This document shows positions 10,655 to 19,499 of a stretch of 64,000 bases of DNA, piece by piece (position 1 is the first letter of the stretch; the number at the start of each line of letters is the position of its first letter). The position numbers were made by a program, and so were the translations under genes. The stretch spans positions 620,001-684,000 of the forward strand of contig CAWKCK010000017.1 in the NCBI GenBank assembly GCA_963848135.1, read 5' to 3'. A model generated the notes under the pieces. That model saw only the letters and a program-made list of their open reading frames with translations, did not search any database and had not been told where the DNA came from. The DNA comes from an uncultured delta proteobacterium (lineage in GTDB: Bacteria; Desulfobacterota; Desulfobacteria; Desulfobacterales; SG8-13).

Positions 10655-10889
10655 ACGGTCGTTAGCCTTGAAAAAAATCGACCCAAAGTACGATTTTTGT
10701 ACCTAAATACGAATGTGGCATGCCGAATCCAATCAGGTTGCGTTACCAAACGGACCATTTTCATAACACTTCGCGAAAAAACCGCGTTGGTACCAAGAAA
10801 AAGAGCATTATATGAAGTGACGGCCCCCGTCTGCAACAGCGTAAAAACCTTTACCGCGAGATTCGGGTATAGAAATGATTTTTTTGCGA

Positions 10890-10918
10890 TTGACAAACAC
10901 CGGTAAGATCATTAGTTT
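10890..10918 (+). promoter_or_regulatory. Sigma70-type promoter for the HesB-like gene
   Basis: TTGACA-17 bp-TAGTTT, about 60 bp upstream of ATG 10981. Confidence 0.5.
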
Positions 10919-10980
10919 CGCCACTGGAAAGTAGCGTCGAACATGTGAGCACGGTTGCGGTATATTCGAAGGAGGATATT

Positions 10981-11295
10981 ATGGTTGAGGTTACAGAAGC
11001 GGCAACACAACAAATTTCCGAGTATTTCAAGGGCAGAGAGGTGTCTCCGATACGGATTTTTCTTAACGAAGGTGGTTGAGGCGGGCCTTCGTTGGCCATG
11101 GCTCTGGATGAGCCGAAAGATACCGACCAGGTTTTTAGCATAGAAGGGTTCACGTACATCATTGATAAGGAATTCATGCAAAAAGCCACACCAGTTAAAG
11201 TCGATTACCTTGAATATGGATTTAGGCTGACCAGCAACATCAAATTCGAGAGCAAATGCGGCGGTTGCCACTCCGATGGCAGCTGTGAAGTCTGA
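10981..11295 (+). CDS. HesB/IscA-like selenoprotein (in-frame UGA at 11077-11079 read as Sec), 104 aa
   Basis: AGGAGG RBS, then MVEVTEAATQQISEYFKGREVSPIRIFLNEGG-U-GGPSLAMALDEPKDTD...KCGGCHSDGSCEV. The UGA occupies the Cys position of the HesB GGC motif and the frame joins the track ORF 11092-11295. Confidence 0.9.
11100..11114 (+). promoter_or_regulatory. Candidate bacterial SECIS hairpin
   Basis: GGCTC-TGGAT-GAGCC stem-loop with a G-containing loop, starting 20 nt after the UGA. Confidence 0.55.
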
Positions 11296-11311
11296 TTTCG
11301 GACGAAATCCC

Positions 11312-11347
11312 AGGGGCAACACTCATCAGTGTTGCCCCTTTTATTTT
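11312..11347 (+). terminator. Rho-independent terminator after the HesB-like gene
   Basis: 12-bp stem AGGGGCAACACT/AGTGTTGCCCCT, 4-nt loop, followed by a T-rich tract. Confidence 0.85.
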
Positions 11348-11498
11348 GGTGATGACCAAACCGGCGATTCAACCTCCTCCGTGGCAATAGACCCTTGATG
11401 ATTGGCCAGTGCGCATCGGCGATTGCAGACTGCCATGGGGTAGGAACAATTGCCCTGGCGGCCGGGTTTTCGAATGCCACTCACATGCGAGGCTTATT

Positions 11499-11663
11499 AT
11501 GTGGCTTATCTTGACCGCTGTTGTTGTATTCATCGGATTGGCCGTTTTTTACCGACTGAAAGTATCACACCAAAAAGAAAACCGAACCGGCAGCAGTGAC
11601 GTCTATATCTGTCCCAATTGCGGTAACCAGCACTGTAATTGCTACAAACGCAATAAAGACTGA
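11499..11663 (+). CDS. Small membrane-anchored Cys-rich protein (54 aa)
   Basis: GAGG upstream of ATG 11499. Hydrophobic MWLILTAVVVFIGLAVFY followed by CPNCGNQHCNC. Confidence 0.6.
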   Translation: MWLILTAVVVFIGLAVFYRLKVSHQKENRTGSSDVYICPNCGNQHCNCYKRNKD

Positions 11664-11982
11664 ACATGCTCGCGGGCAGACACCGGTTTCCGCAGGCGTG
11701 GGTCGCGCCCTGGGGCCATCTTTCACGAAAGAACGATCAAAAGAGATGGCATAGACAGCTTTATGGATATCATACGGGGAAGGCAAAGCATCCGCATAGG
11801 CCTTCCATCACGTGCCTCCTATCGACCGACCCCAGACGAAGCCACCACCGAATGTTTCGGTCGATGAAGTGACTGTATCAGTGACGGGGTTATCTTTGCC
11901 CTCCGTAGGAACTTAGGCCACCATTATAATTTAGACTTATCCAGATTTGCCGACCACCGAACACCTTAGGAACCGGGCCGTC

Positions 11983-12822
11983 ATGAATGATCTTGATTCA
12001 TCCACACCGATCGGTCTGGATGCAGACGAACTAAAGACCTGGGTAGAATCGCACAATGAAAAAGATTACCTGATCGTCGATGTGCGCCAGTCACAGGAAT
12101 ACCGTCACGGACACATTCCCGGGGCAATGTTTCTCCCTCTACTGGACTTGGAATCCCAGCTCTATGCGTTGCCAACCGATCGAGATTTGATTTTTTACTG
12201 CAGCAACGGGGGGCGTTCTTTGGCAGCAGGCACCCTGGTTATCGACGCCGAGGTCACCAGACATCGGATTTATAACCTGACCGGGGGCATATTGCGCTGG
12301 TTCGGACAAACGCTGAATGACTTTCCCAGGGTCAGGGTCTTTGACGAATCGGGGAGAACTGACGCCCTGCTTTACACGGCCATGAATCTCGAAAAAGGCG
12401 CCTGGCGATTTTACCACGCCGTGGCCACCCGCTGCGCTGCTCAACCCTATGCGGCGACTTTCGAAGCACTGAGTCGGGCCGAAACAGCTCATGCGGCATC
12501 TGTTTACGCCATTTGGGCCTCCCGCATAGAAAATCCACCGGAATTTGAACGCTTGTTCGCTGATCTGACAGGAGAAATCCTTGAAAGCGGGGAACCGTTG
12601 CAAAAAGTCCTGGCGGAGGTCTCTTCGCCGATTTCAGAAGAGGACTGTATCAACCTTATCGAACTTTCCCTTCTGATTGAGTACCGGGCCTTTGAACTTT
12701 ATCGCACTGTCGCCGAGCGCACCGCGGATGACAATGCCCGTGGCGCATTGTTGTCTTTGGCCCAGGCGGAAAAGGCACACATGCGCGTTTTAACGCAAGC
12801 CATCGCTAATTGTGGAGGATAA
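11983..12822 (+). CDS. Rhodanese domain plus ferritin/rubrerythrin-like domain fusion
   Basis: IVDVRQ..EY..GHIPGA and active-site loop YCSNGGRS. Two E...ExxH repeats (LEKGA...AETAH; IEYRA...AEKAH). Confidence 0.85.
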   Translation: MNDLDSSTPIGLDADELKTWVESHNEKDYLIVDVRQSQEYRHGHIPGAMFLPLLDLESQLYALPTDRDLIFYCSNGGRSLAAGTLVIDAEVTRHRIYNLTGGILRWFGQTLNDFPRVRVFDESGRTDALLYTAMNLEKGAWRFYHAVATRCAAQPYAATFEALSRAETAHAASVYAIWASRIENPPEFERLFADLTGEILESGEPLQKVLAEVSSPISEEDCINLIELSLLIEYRAFELYRTVAERTADDNARGALLSLAQAEKAHMRVLTQAIANCGG

Positions 12823-12840
12823 TCCCGTGGTGGCGTCGAA

Positions 12841-14211
12841 ATGACATCACGATTCTCTCAAATCGTTTCCAAACAGCGCCGATACTTCAATAAGGGACGA
12901 ACACTGTCGATCGCGTTCCGCAGGGCACAGCTGCGCCGCCTCCGATCAGCAGTGGTCGCAAACGAGAAGGCAATCCTGAAAGCGCTGAAGCGCGACCTCA
13001 ATAAGGCCCCATATGAAGCGTACATGAGCGAGGTGGGGATCGTTCTGTCCGAACTGCGTTTTGCCCTCAGACACCTACGCTCTTGGAGCCGGCCGGTGCG
13101 CGTCTGGACACCTATGACAATCTTTCCGGCCGCCAGTTTCATTTTTGCGGAACCCTACGGCGTGTCCCTGGTCATAAGCCCCTGGAATTACCCCTTCGCT
13201 TTGACGATCAATCCTTTGATTGGAGCGATAGCGGCCGGAAATTGCGGCATCCTGAAGGTCTCGGAATTTGCCCCTAACACCGCAGCCGTTCTGGCGCATA
13301 TGATCGCCGACACGTTCGCGGCCGAATACATTACCGTCGTTTCAGGCGATGCTGACGTCGGTCAGGCCTTGCTCGAAGAACGGTTAGACAAAATATTCTT
13401 TACCGGTAGTCCGGCGGTCGGCCGCTCAGTGATGGCAGCCGCCGCCAAAAATTTAACCCCGGTCTCACTGGAACTGGGCGGCAAGAGCCCCTGTATCGTC
13501 GACCGGGATGCCAGTCTGGCCGATGCTGCCCGCAAAATATGTAGCGGGAAGTTTCTGAATGCCGGACAGACGTGTATCGCCCCGGACTACCTTTTGGTCC
13601 ACCGCAGTGTAAAAAAGGCCCTTGTAACCCTGCTGCAGGATACCATCCACCAGTTTTACGGAAAAAATCCGCGTCATAGCGAAGACTTCTCTCGGATCGT
13701 CAACCACCGTCACTTCGACCGTCTGATTGGATTGATGGCTGACGGAAGGATTATAACCGGTGGCGATCGGGACCGAAAAGCGTTCTACATCGGACCGACC
13801 ATCATCGATGACGTCGGTTGGGATGCAGCCATCATGCGGGAAGAAATATTTGGTCCCTTATTACCGATCATGATATTTGACCACTTAGACGAAGCAATCG
13901 CGAAAGTCAAATCCATCCCGAAACCGTTAGCACTCTATTTTTTCTCGAACAACCGCCGCAACCAGTCGGCGGTCTTGCACAGCATATCTTTCGGCGGCGG
14001 CTGCATCAATGATACCATGCTTCACTATGCCTCACCCTATTTACCATTTGGTGGCGTCGGTCAGAGTGGTATCGGCAGTTACCGGGGTAAAGCCAGTTTC
14101 GACGCGTTTTCGCATCGAAAGAGTGTGGTGAGGAGGTTCCCGCGGTTGGATTTTCCGTTGCGCTATCCGCCATACGGCAGCCTTTCACTTATCAGGAAAC
14201 TCTTGCGATAG
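12841..14211 (+). CDS. Aldehyde dehydrogenase (ALDH3/fatty aldehyde type)
   Basis: PWNYP, FTGS, LELGGKSP, NAGQTCIAPDY, EEIFGP, PFGGVGQSG. Confidence 0.93.
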   Translation: MTSRFSQIVSKQRRYFNKGRTLSIAFRRAQLRRLRSAVVANEKAILKALKRDLNKAPYEAYMSEVGIVLSELRFALRHLRSWSRPVRVWTPMTIFPAASFIFAEPYGVSLVISPWNYPFALTINPLIGAIAAGNCGILKVSEFAPNTAAVLAHMIADTFAAEYITVVSGDADVGQALLEERLDKIFFTGSPAVGRSVMAAAAKNLTPVSLELGGKSPCIVDRDASLADAARKICSGKFLNAGQTCIAPDYLLVHRSVKKALVTLLQDTIHQFYGKNPRHSEDFSRIVNHRHFDRLIGLMADGRIITGGDRDRKAFYIGPTIIDDVGWDAAIMREEIFGPLLPIMIFDHLDEAIAKVKSIPKPLALYFFSNNRRNQSAVLHSISFGGGCINDTMLHYASPYLPFGGVGQSGIGSYRGKASFDAFSHRKSVVRRFPRLDFPLRYPPYGSLSLIRKLLR

Positions 14212-14254
14212 TTAGTAGGTATGAAAAATACATCTTGCATGAAACGGTATCAAC

Positions 14255-15895
14255 ATGGAAGAGCAAAGCGCTACAGACATTATTCGCTATCACGAGCAGA
14301 CCAAACACCACTTGCACCGGTACGCCAGATCCCCGGGTTATATGGACTGGAAAAATCAGCCGAACCCTTTCAGATTTTATGACGGTACGACCACCATAAC
14401 CCTTCCGTTTGCTGAAGAAGAATCACCCCACCACCACCTGGAACTGTATCAGCGCGGGATTGAAAACGGTGGCGCGTTCACCCTGCACAGCGTGGCCGCC
14501 TTTCTGGAACTCTCCATGGGGTTGTCAGCCTGGAAAGCCTACGGTCAGAACCGTTGGCCTCTGCGTATGAATCCCTCAAGCGGCAACTTGCACCCCACGG
14601 AAGTACATTTGATTCTGCCTGAAATGAAATCGGTCCCGGCCGGACTTTATCATTACGCGCCGTATTATCATGCGCTGGAACTGAGGGCCGAACTCCCGTC
14701 TACGCTCTGGCACCGAACACGCACCCATTTCAACAGCGACGGCTTTCTGATGGGCCTGAGTAGTATCATTTGGCGTGAGGCGTGGAAATATGGCGAACGG
14801 GCGCTGAGATATTGCAACCATGACGTCGGACACGCGCTGGCGTCTTTGAGTTTCGCCGCAACCCTTCAGGGGTGGAAAATCACTTATCTTAGCAGCCTAT
14901 CCGATGCAGACACCGAAGCGTTGCTGGGGTTCGACCGGATCGAATGGGAACCGTTGGAATCCGAAGAACCTGACCTGATCTGTTTCGTCCATCGACAAGA
15001 TACGACACCCACGGCTCGAGCGATTCCTGAAGACATCGTCGCTGATTACACCCAATTGCCATTAGCCGGAACACCGAATAAGCTGAGCCCGGAAGGGGTC
15101 GACTGGCAGATCATATATCTGACACTCCGAAATTGCCGCAAACCGCGCACGGCGGATGCATGGTACGATTATGGCGACAGGCCGTTTCTCAATGCCCGGT
15201 CAAGTTCCCTGAGGGCATCTGAGATCATTCGCCGCCGCCGCAGCGCAACCGCATTTGATCCGGAGGGATCGATCGATCGAGAGGCCTTCTATGCCATTCT
15301 TGACAAGACCTTGCCCCGCAACCACTGTCCGCCTTTTGACCTTGGTCTCGGAAAGAGCCTGGTTCACCTTCTGCTGTTTGTCCACAATGTGCAATCCTTA
15401 CCGAAGGGGCTCTATATTCTCTGCCGCAACGAAACAGATCTATCCAGCCTCCAGAAATCATGCCGCACCGATTTTCTGTGGGACCCGGTTACGCAACGGC
15501 TGCCACTGTACCGACTCGAACATGGCAATTTCCGCGAGGAAGCCACCCGGGTAAGCTGCCACCAAGATATTGCGGGGCAGTCGATCTTTTCGATGGGTAT
15601 GATCGCACGCTTCGCCGAACCCGTGATATCGGCACCCTATCGCTATCGCCAAATGTTCTGGGAATCCGGTATGATCGGCCAGACGCTCTACCTGGAGGCC
15701 GAAGCGCAGGGCGTGCGCGGCACCGGTATCGGCTGCTTTTTCGATGATGCGGTTCATTCGCTGCTCGGATTGACGGGAACTCGCTGGCAAAGCTTATACC
15801 ATTTTACTATAGGGACTCCGATCGAAGACCCGCGCCTGTCGACCCTGCCGCCCTATCATCACCTGAAACGGCCCGGCTATGAAAATAAGAAATGA
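14255..15895 (+). CDS. SagB/ThcOx-family tandem nitroreductase-domain protein
   Basis: YHEQTKH, LRMNPSSGNLHPTE, REAWKYGERALRY, RRRRSA, LYLEAEA.G..GTGIGCFFDD. Confidence 0.85.
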   Translation: MEEQSATDIIRYHEQTKHHLHRYARSPGYMDWKNQPNPFRFYDGTTTITLPFAEEESPHHHLELYQRGIENGGAFTLHSVAAFLELSMGLSAWKAYGQNRWPLRMNPSSGNLHPTEVHLILPEMKSVPAGLYHYAPYYHALELRAELPSTLWHRTRTHFNSDGFLMGLSSIIWREAWKYGERALRYCNHDVGHALASLSFAATLQGWKITYLSSLSDADTEALLGFDRIEWEPLESEEPDLICFVHRQDTTPTARAIPEDIVADYTQLPLAGTPNKLSPEGVDWQIIYLTLRNCRKPRTADAWYDYGDRPFLNARSSSLRASEIIRRRRSATAFDPEGSIDREAFYAILDKTLPRNHCPPFDLGLGKSLVHLLLFVHNVQSLPKGLYILCRNETDLSSLQKSCRTDFLWDPVTQRLPLYRLEHGNFREEATRVSCHQDIAGQSIFSMGMIARFAEPVISAPYRYRQMFWESGMIGQTLYLEAEAQGVRGTGIGCFFDDAVHSLLGLTGTRWQSLYHFTIGTPIEDPRLSTLPPYHHLKRPGYENKK

Positions 15896-17000
15896 CATTT
15901 CCACCCTGCGCCGTCACTTGATCAAGTGGTACCAGCACCATCAACGCGACCTGCCGTGGCGTGAAACGGATGATCCCTATGCCATCTGGATATCCGAAGT
16001 TATGCTCCAGCAGACCACGGTAAAGACCGTTATCCCTTACTACCATCGTTTCCTGAAGCAGTTCCCGTGCGTCTTAGATCTCGCACAGGCGGATTTATTG
16101 GCCGTCTTGAAAATCTGGGAAGGCCTGGGGTACTATGCCCGCGCACGAAATCTACACCGGGCAGCCCAGATCGTGCAACACCGTCATGGAGGACGCATCC
16201 CGCCGGAAATGGACGACTTCAAGAAACTGCCCGGCGTCGGCGACTACATTGCCGCCGCTGTCTTGAGTATCGCCTTCAATCAACCGTTTGCGGTTGTCGA
16301 CGGCAACGTCAAACGTGTCCTGGCGCGACTGGGTCGGATCGATTCCCCGGTCAATTTATCCGCATCTCACAGGGTGTTCAAACCAGCAGCATCTGAGCTC
16401 CTCGATCCCTCGCAACCGGGAACATTCAACCAGGCGCTGATGGAGTTGGGGGCACTGCTTTGCAAACCCCGTCGGCCGGCATGCTCGGATTGTCCGATTC
16501 AGATGCACTGCCGGGCCTATGCCGATGGCATGGTCACGACCTATCCCAAGCGAATCAAAAAAGCACCCATTCCCTTACACCGGGTTTCCGTTGGCGTGGT
16601 GTTTGAAAACGGCCGGGTTCTCATCACCCGCCGCAAGCCAGATGGGCTTCTGGGCGGTTTGTGGGAATTTCCCGGTGGCAGGATCGAAGAGGGCGAGACA
16701 CCTCAGGAGGCCTGCATACGCGAAATCTGCGAAGAAGTGGGCTTGAAAGTGCAGGTCGACTCATTTCTATCCCGAATTCGGCATGCCTACACCCATTTTA
16801 AGATCCAAATGGATGTCTTTTGCTGTCATGTAGAATCCGGCCGTGTAGAACTTAAGGGTCCGACGGACTATCGCTGGGTGAATCTCGATGAATTATCCGC
16901 TTATCCCCTTCCGAAAGCCAACCACAAGTTCATTCCTCTATTGAAAAAGGAGGCAAGATTTAAGATTTTCAACCCCACCTTGAAAAATAGCCAATCCTGA
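15879..17000 (+). CDS. mutY: A/G-specific adenine glycosylase with C-terminal Nudix domain
   Basis: RDLPWR, ISEVMLQQT, GLGYYARARN, HhH LPGVG, VDGNVKRV, Fe-S motif CKPRRPACSDCPIQMHC. Confidence 0.96.
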   Translation: MKIRNDISTLRRHLIKWYQHHQRDLPWRETDDPYAIWISEVMLQQTTVKTVIPYYHRFLKQFPCVLDLAQADLLAVLKIWEGLGYYARARNLHRAAQIVQHRHGGRIPPEMDDFKKLPGVGDYIAAAVLSIAFNQPFAVVDGNVKRVLARLGRIDSPVNLSASHRVFKPAASELLDPSQPGTFNQALMELGALLCKPRRPACSDCPIQMHCRAYADGMVTTYPKRIKKAPIPLHRVSVGVVFENGRVLITRRKPDGLLGGLWEFPGGRIEEGETPQEACIREICEEVGLKVQVDSFLSRIRHAYTHFKIQMDVFCCHVESGRVELKGPTDYRWVNLDELSAYPLPKANHKFIPLLKKEARFKIFNPTLKNSQS

Positions 17001-17097
17001 ATACTTTTACCTTTGTCGATTAAACCATGATATTAGGCGCAGGCCCTGCGCTTAATAGGTCGATAACTACTATATCGAATATCGAAAGGAGTGAACA

Positions 17098-17697
17098 ATG
17101 AGCGTTCTTGTTGCTAAGGAAGCACCGGATTTCACGGCCCCGGCCGTGATGCCGAACGGCACTATTGACGAAGAGTTCAAGCTGTCGAACCTCAGGGGTA
17201 ACTATGTCATCCTTTTTTTCTGGCCCCTCGACTTCACTTTTGTCTGTCCGACGGAAATTCTGGCCCATGACCACCGCATCGAACAGTTCAAAGAACGCAA
17301 CGCAACCGTAATCGGCGTATCGATCGATTCCCAGTTCAGCCACTTCGCCTGGCGCAACACACCGGTCAACGACGGCGGCATCGGACCGGTGAAATTTCCC
17401 ATCGTGGCCGACATCACGCACAGTATTACCAGAGCTTACGGCATAGAGCACCCGGAAGGGGTCGCCATGCGGGCCTCCTTTTTGATAGACAAGGACGGCA
17501 TTGTCCAGCACCAGGTGGTCAACAATTTGCCCTTGGGGCGCAATGTGGAAGAAATGTTGCGGATGGTGGATGCCCTGCAGTTCCACGAAGAGCACGGAGA
17601 AGTGTGCCCGGCCGGTTGGCAGAAGGGGGAAACCGGCATGAAACCGACGGCCGAAGGCGTAGCGGATTACCTGTCCTCAAAGGCAGAGAAACTTTGA
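17098..17697 (+). CDS. ahpC: Typical 2-Cys peroxiredoxin (AhpC/TsaA)
   Basis: DFTFVCPTE, GRNVEE, EVCPAGW. AAGGAG RBS. Confidence 0.93.
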   Translation: MSVLVAKEAPDFTAPAVMPNGTIDEEFKLSNLRGNYVILFFWPLDFTFVCPTEILAHDHRIEQFKERNATVIGVSIDSQFSHFAWRNTPVNDGGIGPVKFPIVADITHSITRAYGIEHPEGVAMRASFLIDKDGIVQHQVVNNLPLGRNVEEMLRMVDALQFHEEHGEVCPAGWQKGETGMKPTAEGVADYLSSKAEKL

Positions 17698-17708
17698 TCT
17701 GTTGTTAG

Positions 17709-17872
17709 CAGCGTGTTGAAAAACGTCATGGACGCCGGCAAGACAAGGCAAAATTCGACGAAAAAGTGGCGTTAATGTGAGATAAATGTGCATTTTCGCT
17801 GAAGCGGGGGTAGAGCCCCCCGGTTCAGCTTTAACGCCGTATTGTCAAGCGCAATCGTTTTTCAACACCCTG
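17709..17872. mobile_element. 164-bp MITE-like element
   Basis: Terminal inverted repeats CAGCGTGTTGAAAAACG / CGTTTTTCAACACCCTG (16 of 17 match). TAG immediately flanks both ends. No internal ORF. Confidence 0.75.
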
Positions 17873-17922
17873 TAGTCACGCCTACCCGCGATTCTTCAAT
17901 TCCTGCCGCCCGATTCGATGTT

Positions 17923-18447
17923 CTATCCAGATGCCGGATCGGGCAATTTTGTACCACCAAAATTCTCTTCCAATTGGATGACAACGTGCGCCAGACAGTC
18001 ACGAATCATCCGGGCACATTCTCGATAGGTCTCCAGAGATCCACCGTAAGGATCCGGTACATCCCATCGCGCGCTGGCCGCATTGAAACCGCAGAGCAAG
18101 CGGACATTTTTGGATTCGCCACCGGCTGCGTTGCGGATAAAAACGACATGCGGCTGCGCCAGTGCAAGAATAAGATCGGCGCTATTCACAAAACCAGGGT
18201 CAAACAATCGCGAGCGGTGGGCTCTTATATCGACACCGTACTCACTGGCCGCACGCACGGCGTAGGGTTCGGCTGGCAGACCTTCCGAGGCATGGGTCCC
18301 GGCGGAATGAATGACAGCCTCCGGGTCCAGATCCTTCGGCCACATCGACTTCAACAAGCCTTCGGCCATTGGGCTGCGGCAAATGTTTCCGGTGCAGACG
18401 ATCAGGATGTCAATCGTCCGACCCGCGTTCGGTGATGAATGCGCCAA
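17923..18447 (-). CDS. Low molecular weight protein tyrosine/arginine phosphatase
   Basis: VCTGNICRSPMAE, SAGT, DVPDPYG. Confidence 0.93.
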   Translation of the reverse strand: MAHSSPNAGRTIDILIVCTGNICRSPMAEGLLKSMWPKDLDPEAVIHSAGTHASEGLPAEPYAVRAASEYGVDIRAHRSRLFDPGFVNSADLILALAQPHVVFIRNAAGGESKNVRLLCGFNAASARWDVPDPYGGSLETYRECARMIRDCLAHVVIQLEENFGGTKLPDPASG

Positions 18448-18619
18448 CTTGATGCCTCCTCACCCTTTGGAATTTATTGCAATATATTGCTGATTTCGTT
18501 TAAATTTTAGAAGTCTACGCAAGCAGCCGGTATTTCGTTGAGCGCCCCGGCACACAAACTTGTCCTGGCAGCTGACCACCGGGACATTTCATCCAATATT
18601 CTGAGTCTCCCGCAACGCG

Positions 18620-19147
18620 TCACTCAGTCGAAGATATGATGCTACGGTATTCGTCGGCAAGACGGGTATATATCTCCACCGTTCCGCGTATATTGTTCAA
18701 GGTTTTATCGTCCAGGCTTTTTTTGACTTCTGCGGGAACCCCAGCCACTAAATGGAAAGGGCCGACTTCCTGACCTTCCCTGACAACCGCTCCCGATGCA
18801 ACGATTGAACCCTCCCTGATTACCGCACTGTTGAGCACGGCGGCCTTGATACCGATCAGGCAGTCATTTTCAATAGTACAGCCGTGGACAACGGCAGCAT
18901 GACCGATGGAAACACCGCCGCCGATGCGGACCGGTTTGCCGGGGTCGGTGTGCACGGTACAATTGTCCTGGATATTGGTGTTATCTCCAATGGTGATGGT
19001 GTCCCTGTCGCCCCTGACAACGCTTCCGAACCAAATACTGGCATTGTTTCCGATAGAAACCTTTCCGATAACAACCGCGGTCGGCGCAATAAAAACGTTG
19101 TGCCCGATTCGAGGCTTGTTCCCCTTATATTCCAGTATCACAACCAA
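18620..19147 (-). CDS. Gamma carbonic anhydrase family hexapeptide-repeat protein
   Basis: VVRGD, TNIQDNCTVH, IGHAAVVHGC. Start may be GTG 19141. Confidence 0.92.
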   Translation of the reverse strand: MVVILEYKGNKPRIGHNVFIAPTAVVIGKVSIGNNASIWFGSVVRGDRDTITIGDNTNIQDNCTVHTDPGKPVRIGGGVSIGHAAVVHGCTIENDCLIGIKAAVLNSAVIREGSIVASGAVVREGQEVGPFHLVAGVPAEVKKSLDDKTLNNIRGTVEIYTRLADEYRSIISSTE

Positions 19148-19279
19148 TCTCCTTATGTTATGTGTTTGTCCGTTGAACGATAAGGGCTTTTGAAAAGATC
19201 GCCATTGTCGTATAGTTATTTATCTTGGCGTAAGAGAATCTGATGACCAGAGTTTCCCGCATAATGGCACGTCTTTGAT

Positions 19280-19376
19280 ATTCACTGAATTCCTGCAAAG
19301 CCGCAGGGATGGCTTGTGAACCGTTCAATACGGTCTTTTGAAACTATTATTTCGGCCAAACAACCGGCCGTTGAAT
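19280..19376. repeat. 97-bp structured intergenic repeat, copy 1 (copy 2 at 58047-58143)
   Basis: 48 of the first 65 nt identical without gaps to copy 2. Shared CAACCGGCCG and terminal TTGAAT. Confidence 0.8.
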
Positions 19377-19499
19377 TTTTGCATCGTCACCGGTCGTTGT
19401 TAACTTCTGGAACTGTCAAGCTTTGGGCGTCTCCTCAAAAAGGCTGGGGGTTTAAAGATGATTATTCTTATTGGCCCAATTTTACAAGTTTGAGTATCA

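Noticed and set aside
14255..15895. SagB-like gene as part of a RiPP cluster
   Set aside because: No YcaO, precursor peptide or transporter nearby.
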